Below are positions 1-10,400 of a DNA stretch of 32,000 nt, piece after piece. This DNA is from Patescibacteria group bacterium (GTDB taxonomy: Bacteria; Patescibacteriota; Patescibacteriia; 2-01-FULL-39-33): assembly GCA_041649575.1 (NCBI GenBank), contig JBAZMW010000003.1, positions 120,001-152,000 on the forward strand, read 5' to 3'. A program made the translations under genes and the position numbers. Within the stretch, counting starts at the first letter, position 1. The number at the start of each line of letters is the position of its first letter. Below the pieces are notes generated by a model, which was given only the letters and a program-made list of their open reading frames with translations, did not search any database and was not told the DNA's origin.

Positions 1-728
1 GACTTGGCCGCCGTGACTGCTCGATTTTCGCCGCTAGCCTCACCAATGCCCATCAGAGCCGAGCCAGCATCTTCCATAATGGCTTTGACATCCGCAAAAT
101 CCACATTAATCAATCCTGGGATAGTAATCAGCTCCGAGATGCCCTGAACGCCTTGTCGCAAGACATCATCAGCCGCCTTAAAGGCGTCAAGCAAAGAGGT
201 TTTTTTATCAATAATGTGAAGAATTTTATCGTTAGGAATAGTAATGATGGTGTCGACTTTATCCTTTAACTCCTGAAAGCCTCTTTCGGCAATTTCCGAC
301 CTCTGAGCGCCTTCAAAAGAAAAGGGTTTGGTTACCACTGCCACCACTAAAGCACCCAATTCTCCGGCCACGCTGGCAATTATGGGCGAAGCGCCGGTGC
401 CAGTGCCGCCGCCCAAACCACAGGTGATAAAAACCATGTCCGCGCCCTTGAGCAAATCACGAATATCGTTGATGCTTTCCTGGGCTGACTGCAAACCGAC
501 ATCGGGGTTCATGCCGGCACCCAACCCTCTGGTGGTGGTTTGGCCGATGTGCAATTTATGTTTGGCGCTATTATGATGCAAAGCCTGGACATCGGTGTTG
601 ACAGCTATAAACTCCACGCCCTTAATTTTAGAATCGATCATGCGATTAATCGCCGATCCACCAGATCCGCCAACTCCTATGACTTTGATTTTGGCAAAAG
701 TTTCTATTTCTGGTCTTATCTCTGGCAT
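1..728 (-). CDS. ftsZ: Cell division protein FtsZ (partial, runs off the window start)
   Basis: Reverse-strand translation from ATG at 726-728: [78 protein letters not shown]...[20 protein letters not shown]; contains the tubulin/FtsZ signature GGGTGTG. Confidence 0.97.
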   Translation of the reverse strand, partial: MPEIRPEIETFAKIKVIGVGGSGGSAINRMIDSKIKGVEFIAVNTDVQALHHNSAKHKLHIGQTTTRGLGAGMNPDVGLQSAQESINDIRDLLKGADMVFITCGLGGGTGTGASPIIASVAGELGALVVAVVTKPFSFEGAQRSEIAERGFQELKDKVDTIITIPNDKILHIIDKKTSLLDAFKAADDVLRQGVQGISELITIPGLINVDFADVKAIMEDAGSALMGIGEASGENRAVTAAK

Positions 729-773
729 ATTTTTAAATTATTTGATTAAAAAAATTAATTTATTAAAACCTTC

Positions 774-2018
774 TTAAGGTAATAACGATTTAAACCATTC
801 CCTTAAGTGGCTGCTGGCTTTATCCACGCTTTTGAAAGGGAAATGCGGCAGACTAAATTTGCCACTCTTTTGTAACTGGCTACCCCAGATAACCAAGCCC
901 ACCGCTGTGGTAAAAGAAAGATCGCCAACTTTATCTAAATTAGAGATAATCCCTTGAGGATAGCCCAGCGAAGCCGGCAGCCGCAAAGCCTTTTTTGCCA
1001 ACTCCACCAAACCGTCTAATTTGGCGCCGCCGCCAGTCAAGACCACACCAGCTGGTAACATACCGGATTTACCTATTTTTTTTAGCTCTTTGTCTACCTT
1101 TTCCATAATCTCTTCAACTCGAGCCTCAATAACTTCGGCTACGTGCTTTTTGGAAAAGGCCCCCTCTTCAACCCCGCCGACATCCGAATATCTAGTCTCA
1201 TCTTGTTTGCGAAAGTTTTCTGGCAGACAGCTGCCCTCGCGAACTTTTATCCTCTCGGCTGTGTCAATAGAAATCCGCCGCTCAATGGCAATATCGCTGG
1301 TTATATATTCGGAACCGACCGGCAAAATCACCGTGTGTAAAACATCACCCTCTTCAAAAACCGCCAGGCTGGTGGTAGCACCGCCAATATTTACCACCGC
1401 CACCCCTAATTCTTTTTGACGATTGGTTAAAACGCTTTCCGAGTTGGCTAAAACCGCCAGGACCAGATCGTCGATATCTAAACCGGTGCGATAGATACAT
1501 TTGGTCAAATTTTTAATTTGAGCCGAAAGTCCTTGAATAATTTGAGCGTCAACCTCCAAACGAATTCCTGTCATGCCGATCGGATCTTTAATTCCAGTCT
1601 GCGAATCAACCGTAAAACTTCTGGGAATGACGTGTAGTATCTCATAATTTGGTGGCGTCGCCACAGCACGGGCCGCTTCTATTACCCGCTCTACGTCTTC
1701 GGGCCTTATTTCGCCATCGGTTTTAGAAACAGCCACCACTCCCTTGCTTTCCTGAGCAATAATATGGCTACCCGAAATACCCACCCAAGCATGCTCAACC
1801 GGCTGACCCACCATTCTCTCTATCCTTTCTAAAGACGAAGAAATGGAAGACACCGCATCCTCAACACTAACCACCACGCCCTTACTGATGCCTTGGGCCG
1901 GTATTTCAATAGCTCCGACTATTTTTATCTTATCGTTTTCTTTGGATTTTTGACCCACTGCTATTCTAATAGCCGTTGAGCCAATATCCAAGCCAGTTAT
2001 TAAGCTAATTTTAGGCAT
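774..2018 (-). CDS. ftsA: Cell division protein FtsA
   Basis: 414 aa; actin-like ATPase start ITGLDIGSTAIRIAVG, SHM2-type region (VFHVIPRSFTVDSQTGIKDPIGMTGIRLEVDAQII-like), ADP-binding VVLTGGGAKLDGL; immediately upstream of ftsZ. Confidence 0.95.
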   Translation of the reverse strand: MPKISLITGLDIGSTAIRIAVGQKSKENDKIKIVGAIEIPAQGISKGVVVSVEDAVSSISSSLERIERMVGQPVEHAWVGISGSHIIAQESKGVVAVSKTDGEIRPEDVERVIEAARAVATPPNYEILHVIPRSFTVDSQTGIKDPIGMTGIRLEVDAQIIQGLSAQIKNLTKCIYRTGLDIDDLVLAVLANSESVLTNRQKELGVAVVNIGGATTSLAVFEEGDVLHTVILPVGSEYITSDIAIERRISIDTAERIKVREGSCLPENFRKQDETRYSDVGGVEEGAFSKKHVAEVIEARVEEIMEKVDKELKKIGKSGMLPAGVVLTGGGAKLDGLVELAKKALRLPASLGYPQGIISNLDKVGDLSFTTAVGLVIWGSQLQKSGKFSLPHFPFKSVDKASSHLREWFKSLLP

Positions 2019-2051
2019 GGGTTAAATCACTAGAACTTAATTTATGAGTTT

Positions 2052-2080
2052 ATTATAATAAAAAAATGCCTTAAAAGCAA
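2052..2080 (-). promoter_or_regulatory. Predicted sigma70-like promoter for ftsA-ftsZ
   Basis: On the minus strand TTGCTT (2080-2075), 17-nt spacer, TATAAT (2057-2052), about 34 nt upstream of the ftsA start codon. Confidence 0.65.
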
Positions 2081-2130
2081 ATTGTTAATAAATAATAAAA
2101 TGAACAAAATTTGTGTTCAATTCTATTTTC

Positions 2131-2604
2131 TTATTTTTTAATCACTCTTTTAAAAATCTTCTCTTCAAAAACAGACATCTTTTGAGCCGTGTGGGCACTC
2201 ACCCCCTCGTGTTCAAAGCTAAACAAGTGAGCTACTCCATGAATAATCAACCGAATTAACTCTTGGTTTAATGTTGTTTTAAATTCCCGAGCCTGCTTCT
2301 TGGCTTGCGAGACACAAACGACAACTTCTCCTAAATATCCTTGGTCATCGGGTGTGGTTATAAAATTCTGGCTTTGATCGGAAAAACTTAAAACGTCGGT
2401 TGTTTTATTTTGTCCACGGTAATTTCCATTCAACTGTCTTATAGTGCGTGGCCCGACAAAAGCCAAGGAAAAATATTTTTTTTTATTTAATCGTAACTCT
2501 TTAGCGAAGGCCAAGACAATCAACCTGATCTGCCTGTCTGGCAAAGAGAGCTTGACTTGTTTGTTTACTTCCGCAAATAGCATCATACAAAAACCGATTA
2601 ACAT
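2131..2604 (-). CDS. ybeY: Endoribonuclease YbeY (rRNA maturation factor)
   Basis: 157 aa; TTDVLSFSDQ and the metal-binding motif LIIHGVAHLFSFEHEG (H-x3-H-x5-H arrangement). True start may be a few codons downstream (MMLFAEV...). Confidence 0.88.
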   Translation of the reverse strand: MLIGFCMMLFAEVNKQVKLSLPDRQIRLIVLAFAKELRLNKKKYFSLAFVGPRTIRQLNGNYRGQNKTTDVLSFSDQSQNFITTPDDQGYLGEVVVCVSQAKKQAREFKTTLNQELIRLIIHGVAHLFSFEHEGVSAHTAQKMSVFEEKIFKRVIKK

Positions 2605-2610
2605 GGAAGT

Positions 2611-3705
2611 CTAGCTATTAATATTCTCGGGGGTCGAAGAGGAGGTTTCGTTAGTGGTTGGTGTGGTGGCTAACGGTTTAAAACTTTTCACAATCATCTG
2701 AAAAAGCGTGGGGTAGCGGAATTCGGCGTCATCAGACATAATGTATTCAAAAGAATATATTTTGGTTCTTTCATCATCGGCTAAATAAACCTTTAATTCA
2801 TCGGGAGAAACTATCCCTTCCAAATCACCAACCTTGAGAAGCGACAGCTGGCTCAAATTGACCTGCGGATTTGCCTGGGCATACCAGTTAACGGCGGACA
2901 AACGATCTGGGTTTTCCCTGACTGACACCCTGATTATTTCTCCGGTTTTGGTGGTGATTAAAATTTGACGCGAGGCCTCTATAACATTACCTGACCAGTT
3001 TTTGGGCGCTAAAATCTGAAAATTATCCTGGGGAAAGCTGCTAGCCACCACCTGAATGAAGCTGGCGAGTGACAATTTGGCGGCACCGCCGGACTTGAGG
3101 GGATCGTAGCCGTTAACGAGCTCCGAACCATCGAGATAGCTATCCTTATCGGTATCCGGCAGACTGGGACTAGTGCCAATGGCATTTTCTTCCAAATCAG
3201 TCAAACCATCGCGATCTGAATCGCTGCTAACGGGTGGCGGGTTAAGCGAAATAGTTTCGTTGGTATTGTTATTTTTGTTGTTGGTATTTATATTATTATC
3301 AACATTGGCATTAATTTCACCATTAAGATTGGTTTCTATGTTTTCATTAGCTGCCTCATTAAGATTGCTAGTATTATTATTTTCATTACCATTGCCAAGG
3401 CCGGAGTTAAGGCTGTTGGTATTGATAATAATGTTGCTGTTGGTATTAGTATTAGTATTAACTACGGCCAGAGGCTTGGCTTGATTGCGCTGCCACAAAT
3501 CATAGAAAAAATAAGTGGCCGAAACAGCAACAACGATAATTAAAACAATAAAAACTATTACTAATTTTTTGCCGGACGATCTGTTTTGCAGCGGATGGAA
3601 TTTCTGCGGCATAACGTAGATATCCTGGCTGGGCGGTGTTGCTGACGGTGCTGGATTAGTATTAATTGACTGACTGACTGCTTTTTGTTTTTTAGAACCA
3701 AACAT
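2611..3705 (-). CDS. Membrane-anchored protein with Asn/Thr-rich linker and thrombospondin type 3-like Asp-rich repeats
   Basis: 364 aa; one TM segment (KLVIVFIVLIIVVAVSATYFFYD), Asn-rich linker (TNTNTNSNIIINTN...NNKNNNTNE), SDRDGLTDLEENAIGTSPSLPDTDKDSYLDGSELVNGYDPLKSGG, then a globular C-terminal domain. Confidence 0.75.
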   Translation of the reverse strand: MFGSKKQKAVSQSINTNPAPSATPPSQDIYVMPQKFHPLQNRSSGKKLVIVFIVLIIVVAVSATYFFYDLWQRNQAKPLAVVNTNTNTNSNIIINTNSLNSGLGNGNENNNTSNLNEAANENIETNLNGEINANVDNNINTNNKNNNTNETISLNPPPVSSDSDRDGLTDLEENAIGTSPSLPDTDKDSYLDGSELVNGYDPLKSGGAAKLSLASFIQVVASSFPQDNFQILAPKNWSGNVIEASRQILITTKTGEIIRVSVRENPDRLSAVNWYAQANPQVNLSQLSLLKVGDLEGIVSPDELKVYLADDERTKIYSFEYIMSDDAEFRYPTLFQMIVKSFKPLATTPTTNETSSSTPENINS

Positions 3706-3734
3706 AGAAAAGTTAATAATAATTAATCATTTAA

Positions 3735-4481
3735 CTATTGGGGAACCTGAAAGAGGCGGGCGCCGCCGGTCTTTAGAGGGTCGTAACCGTTAATCACTTC
3801 CGAACCATCACTAAAGCCGTCTCCATCGGTGTCTTTATTTAAGGGGTCGGTTTTATAAATACTGACTTCGGCCCGATCAATCAGACCATCGCTGTCGGTA
3901 TCAATTTTATTGGGGTCGGTGCCTAATTGTTTTTCCTCATCATCGGACAAACCGTCACCATCACTGTCTTGAGGCGGAAGTGGGGCGTTAGTGTTAACAG
4001 CCGAACCATTGACGTTGGAGTTGGCATTGGTGTTGGAGGGGGCTGAAGCACTATTGGTATTAACGGTTGCGTTGACGCTGGAACTGGGGTTAGCATTCTG
4101 ATTACTGACAGGCAAGTTGTTTTTCAGAAAGCCTAAACTTGGCTTGAAAAAAACTAAAGATAAAAAAACGCCGATACCAATTACAACTAGTATTAAAATC
4201 ACCAACAAAAAAATAAATAATTTGTTACTCCAGATCGAGCGGCCGCCATAAATGTCTCCCAGCTGGCTTTCTTTTATGGGCAACCGGCTCACCTGCCCTG
4301 GCTGAATCGGCCTGGTGACAATCGGCCTGGTAACTGGCTCACTTTTACTGAAAATGTCATCGACCAAAGAGTCGCCGGGCGGGACTGGCCGATTGGCCGC
4401 AGCTGGCCGCGGCGGCAAAGTCGGCGACAGATTTTCGGAAGCACCAGAGCTTCTGGGCGTTTGCGGTGGCTGATCAAACAT
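3735..4481 (-). CDS. Membrane-anchored protein with thrombospondin type 3-like Ca-binding-type repeats
   Basis: 248 aa; Pro-rich N-terminus, one TM (LFIFLLVILILVVIGIGVFLSLVFF), Asn/Ser/Thr-rich linker, QDSDGDGLSDDEEKQLGTDPNKIDTDSDGLIDRAEVSIYKTDPLNKDTDGDGFSDGSEVINGYDPLKTGG. Confidence 0.78.
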   Translation of the reverse strand: MFDQPPQTPRSSGASENLSPTLPPRPAAANRPVPPGDSLVDDIFSKSEPVTRPIVTRPIQPGQVSRLPIKESQLGDIYGGRSIWSNKLFIFLLVILILVVIGIGVFLSLVFFKPSLGFLKNNLPVSNQNANPSSSVNATVNTNSASAPSNTNANSNVNGSAVNTNAPLPPQDSDGDGLSDDEEKQLGTDPNKIDTDSDGLIDRAEVSIYKTDPLNKDTDGDGFSDGSEVINGYDPLKTGGARLFQVPQ

Positions 4482-4491
4482 AAATTAAAAT

Positions 4492-7400
4492 TTAATGACA
4501 AAAATCGGCTGTATTTAATCCGCCAAAAATATTGGCGTTATCGGTATTTTTATTTATTAACTCTACACTAGACCAAGCGGGAAGCCATTTTGTGCCATCT
4601 TTATTATATTCTCCGTTGGCAAAGATATTTTTCTTCTTGCCGATTAATCCATCGATCGGATCTTTCAGGACATAATAACTATAAACATAGGCGTCGGTTG
4701 GGCACTGCATTTTTTTGTTTATTTTGTCCCAACAAGTGGCTGGATCATAATCACCGGCACAGCCCTCTAGTTTGTTAAGCGGATCGGCCGGCAGAGCTTT
4801 GCCTAGAGCATTGGCCAGAGTGGCCTGCCAAGAAGGCCAAACGCTATAAGTACGATTAACCACATAAGTACCGGAAAGTAAAGGCGGGTAGTAATTGCCG
4901 CAACTAGCTCCGCCATAGCAACTAAAACTATTATAACATAATTTTTGATGATCGTTGGCGCAACGTTTCTGATTATAATAATTATCGAGTAATAAATTAA
5001 ATTCTTGGATATCGCTAATCCGTTTGGCGTCACGAGTTAGTTTGGCCTTATCCGACGAGCAATAACCAAAACCGCCCTTGGAACACTGGTTATCGACTAA
5101 GCATTTTTTACTATTATCCTTACTGCAGGAACCAAACCTATCCTGCAAACCACCATTAATATCGGCTGTCACGCCAGCGTTGAGCTGAAAATTATTAACC
5201 AGCTGTTTATAAATCTCTTTGGTATCGCCACTGGCGTCTTGGCTATAAGAAACTAAGTAAATACTGGTGTAAATATTATTGGCATTATTGTCTAAATCAG
5301 CGCCAGCGACATAAGTGGTTCTGCCCTCACTAACAGCCTGATAACCGTCAACCGTTAAGCTCTTGGGCTGCCCTTGTTTTTTGGGATCAAAGGTCTGTTG
5401 ATACCAGACTAAGGGAGAATAATGATTGGGGTTCTTGATTACTCTTAAACCGATGGCGTCGCTGGCATCTTCAAAAGAATAATAAGAAATTAATCCGTCG
5501 TCGTCGGTTTGTGGCTCGGCTTTGTTATAAATTTTTACCTCGTCGATATAGCCTTGCCACATACCCTGATCGGCAGTGTCAGCCCGATGACCAATCCTAA
5601 AAGGAACACCGGCCTGGTAAGCGACGCCAGAGATGATGTTGTTTTCTTCTTTGGCTACCTGAATGCCGTTAATAAAAATTTTTAGATATTTTCCGGGCTT
5701 AAAAGCAGCCGTGATTTTCACCCATTTATTGCCGTAATCCCTAAAAAAATTATCGTATTTAACCAACGAGGTATTGCCGCTAGCGTCGAAAACAATGAAA
5801 TCAAGACTGTCTTCTTGGCCAATGGCCTTACCCAGCAGCCAGCCGCGCTCAAGCCTGGGATTTGAATTCCAATAATAGTTGCCAGCTATAACCCTGCCGG
5901 CACCCAATGAGGCTTCACTTAAATTAACTAAAGCGCTAACCGTTAATTCGCCAGTGATGGCGTTAAAAGGGTTGGTCGGATTGCCGCTCGCATCTATGGC
6001 TGTCAAATAATCGGCAGTGCGACCCAAAAATTTAGCCGCCCGGCCTTGTTCGCCGGTAACCAATTCGACACTGCCCAGTATTGCCAAATTATTAAAACCG
6101 ACCCGATCCTTGACTTGCAGAGGATTGTCCTTGTTGGTCAATAAAAATTCTTTGATGATGTCTTCCCGTCCAGAAATCGCTACTCGATTAAGAGAGGGTA
6201 AATCATCAACCAGTGCGGCTTCGCCTCGGTCACGGCAATAGTAGGTTTCGAAATTAGTAATGGGAGTGGCGGCGGGAATGCTGGCACTGCCTATAAAATC
6301 ACGAAAAGGGAAATCGCCGATTTGGGGCCAGGGGTTGTCGCAAATAAAGACACGTTCGAAAACACTGGTCGCCGCCGAGCCGGCGCCGGAAACAACTCCG
6401 CTGGCCGTCACTCTAACAGCAGTGCTGCCATTAACGGTATTATTACCATAAGCAGTGACAAAAACGCTTTGAAAACCCTCTACCGTTTGATTCCAATCAG
6501 CTATTTGGGGAGAAGAACTATTATCAACAGCCAAAAGTCTCGGACCGACTATTTCCCACTTATAATTAGCGTTTAAAATGTGATTGCCGGTAACATCGGC
6601 TGCCTTGGCCCAATAAAAATGTTGGTTACCAACCAAGTTAGCGGCTTGATACTGGGCTGGATAATTCGTGTTCCAGTTGGCAGAAACATCGTCGTCTAGT
6701 AGATCTTCCGATGTATTTTTGCCACAATCATCGCCTTTACAGAAAAAAGTGTCATCGGTAACAGGGCCCTTAAATTCTACGGGCGGCTGGGCATAAACAA
6801 AAACTTTTTCAACTCGGCAATATTCCTGATTCAAAGTATGAAAAGTAAACAACTTGTCACCACTCATAGACACGCCCCACTGGCTTAAGACGCCCCGACG
6901 GCTTCCGTCTCCAGTATCACCATCGCCATTAACCCAAACCACGTAATCTTTATTTTTATCAAGCAGTCTTTGTGGGGTAATCAAAAGATGGGTGGCGCCA
7001 CCAAGATTAACAGCGCTGGCTTTTATGGGAATGAGATCGGTGGGATTGGCTTGCGCCGGAAGTCCCTGGCCGAACAGTTTGGCTAAAACATTTCCCGCCT
7101 TGAGAAGAAAACGAGCCAAAAAATTATTTTTACCAAGACCAAAAATGTTCAAGCCGCTAGGCACAGGGCTTTCATATAAACGGACATTGAGATTGTTCCA
7201 CTCCCCGGAAAGCGTTGACATGGTGGTGGTGGTTAGACTTTCCATGTCCATATTAATATTACTACCATCGGCAGCGGTAAATTTAATGTCTATAACCTCG
7301 TTGGGGCAAATATTGGTTGGGCTAATGGGGGTTGCTATAGGTCGCCAGTGACAGCAACAATCCTTGCCAACGCCCTTATTATTTATATCGGAACAAACAT

Positions 7401-10400
7401 TGTCTAAATCGCGCTCGCCGCCGGTATTACAAAAAGAGCACTGCACTTCAAGTTCACCACAATCACCCGTATCACCACAAGATTTTCCCCCGCTAATTTT
7501 GGCCGTGATATATTGAATTAAACCATCGGTAATGCTGTCTAGGGCTTTATAATTGGCTCCCCAAGCCAAGGGATGACCGCCGGCGGCGCAGGTTAAATTG
7601 TTACGAACAGCATCTGGCGGCAAATATTTATCAATACTATAATAAGTTCCTAGCGGCCGATTCCAGGTTCCCCAGCTCCAATTGTAGCAGATGGGGCTCA
7701 AGAGCTGACCCTCTTTGTTACAGGCGCTGGAGGCGGAGTAAGGATTAGCCCAATGAGCTTGCGGTAAAACGCCAACACTATTGATGATTAACTTTTGGGG
7801 GAGCACCTGGACTCTGCCAACCTCGCAAGGCTTGTCTAGGGTTTTAAATCGCCAAGAGTAGCTATCGGGTTGGCCGGTTTCAACTTTACCATTACCACAG
7901 ACAGCGCCGGAAGCAGAGCCGGTGCGCAAACAAGTTGGACCACAGCCATCGCCACCGGTTGTATTGCCATCATCGCAGCTCTCGCCGCTTTCTATTTTGC
8001 CGTTACCACAAATTGGGGCGTTGGGTCTAGAGCCGGCCGGCCGGCCGCTTTCTGGCAAACACTTGGAGTCACATCCGTCTCCAGAACTGGTATTGCCGTC
8101 GTCACAACCCTCGCCGGTTTCTATTTTTTTATTGCCACAAAGTGAGCCATATTTTTGATTAGCGCCTTCTAGTTTACAGTCAACGCCACAGCCATCGTCA
8201 CCGGTTGTATTGCCATCATCGCATTCTTCTATTCCTGCTTTAACCAAGCCATCGCCGCAGGAAGCGGTATTATTATTGCCAAGATTATGGCAAGTGGTAT
8301 CACAATAATCAACGGCGTTATTACTGTCGGTATCGGAACATTGTTTAAATCTGCCGCCGGAGATGTTGCATAAATCACTGGCTGGGTTCAAAAGACAATT
8401 ATCAGTACAAACTCCTGAAACCGTATTCCAGGGGTAAGCATTTTTATCACAGTCTTCGCCTCTACCGCCAGTGACGTAATTTAGAGAAGCTAGTTGCTTG
8501 CCGTTCCAAGCTATGACGCCGTCTGCACCGCCCTTCACCACCACCCGATAAGTACTGGTCGAATCAAGAAGGTCTCCGCCCGATCTGGTTAATCTGATGT
8601 TTTTAGTATAACGTTGACTGCCGGCGGTCGGTTCGGTGATTGTTAAACTTTGTTCTCCCCCGACCGCTCCCTCCTTAAATAGAATGATATCGTCATTAGC
8701 CAAGAAAGTGTTCATGTCCACATCAAGACTAAAATCCAAACCAACAACACTATTAGTACAAATGCCTTCAGAAATATAATTAGGATTAACTCCACTATTA
8801 TCGCAAGAAGGGTATCTACTGGTGATTCTTAAATTTTCAAAACCGATGAACAACTGCCCGAAACCCCACCTATCGCCGCAATTACTATCATTCCAAGAGC
8901 AGTCCTGATCGCGAGTATTTTTGGCTCTAGCCTTAATGTTGGTGTCTCCTTCGGTTTTGGCGAAAACCTTAGTCGTATTAACGGCGGGGTCGGCATAGCC
9001 ATCACAACTGGTGGCGTCTTTATTGCAAATACCGGCTACCGCAATACCGGTGCCGCCAGTGCTGTTGGTTTCTTGAGAATCGTCAGCCAGCTTGATAAGC
9101 GAACGCCAATTCCAAACGTAAGAAGCCGGATTTAAAATGTTACAATTGGCTGCTTGGGGCCAAGCCTTGTAAATTTGCGTGTCGTCGGTAAGGGGCATAA
9201 ACTTTAGATGCGGATTAACGCTGACACTATTTATTTTGCCTAATTGATTGCCGGTTTTAAAAATCCAATAATAATCATCTTGACCGTCGCCAGCCGTTTG
9301 ACCCGAAGGGATATAATCCCAACCGGTCCTTACCTCTTCATTGAAACTGTTGTCAGTCATTAATATCCCTTCACTAAGGCCACTAGCCGCTTCTCCTCGA
9401 ACACCATTTTCGCCACCTAAAATAATTATCCGATACCAAGTAAACGCGTCAAAATTACTACTGGGCGTTATTACCACGCCTTCTGGCAAACCGTGCTCGT
9501 TTAACAGGTTTAGGCGATTAATTATTTCTTCACGAGTCAGACCGCTGGCATCTATTTCCGGGCTGTAAGAAAAAATATCTATGCTTGATAAATTAACTTC
9601 TTCATCGCAACCAGAAACGTTGAATTCTGTTTCCGAACCGCATTTTTGCAAAATAAAACTACCGGCAACAAGCGAACCATTAAACATGTTTTTACTAAAA
9701 CGAACGCCTAGCATCGCATTTATATAAGCGTCGCGAGAATTAGGCCAAGGCGTGGGGCTTTGGATGTTGCCGCTACTGCAATTATCATCCTCCACAATAT
9801 AAGGATTGGTAAAATCGATGTGGGCTTCACAATAATCATTCTTGCCCGCGCTATTTAAAGAGGCGATCACTTTGGTAAACTTGGGATTATCGTGCATGGT
9901 TTCATTAAGAGCGAGGCCTTTTTCTTCAGCCCCGACCCTATCGTCTAACTGGACCCGGTTGCTGGTGTCTGTACTCCAGGACCAGGAATAACTATTAGGA
10001 TTTAGAATCAGGCAGGCGTTGTCAGCGCTGTCCAAATTAGCGCTGTAATTTGTCTCGGCCGCTGGCCAATACATCCAAGAAGGATCGGGCGAGCATTCCA
10101 CACAACCTTCCGGGCAAATTTTATCAGAATCGTCATCGGCCCTGGTTTCAAAATTCCAACAATAAGCCGCATTATTGGTATTGCCACCGCCATAATTAAC
10201 TTTGCAAAAACGGTCTTCTGCCCTGGCCGAAGCTGCCGTCTCATCCTTTATAACCTTTCCCGCTTCGCTGGAAATACCTTGTAACAAAACAACCTTATAC
10301 CAGGAACCGGGATCGAGATTGGTAGTCGGAGTAAAAACAAAATAATCTTTATTGCGGTCATTGTTGTCAGTCTTTACCTTTAAAGCGCCGCTGGTAACCC

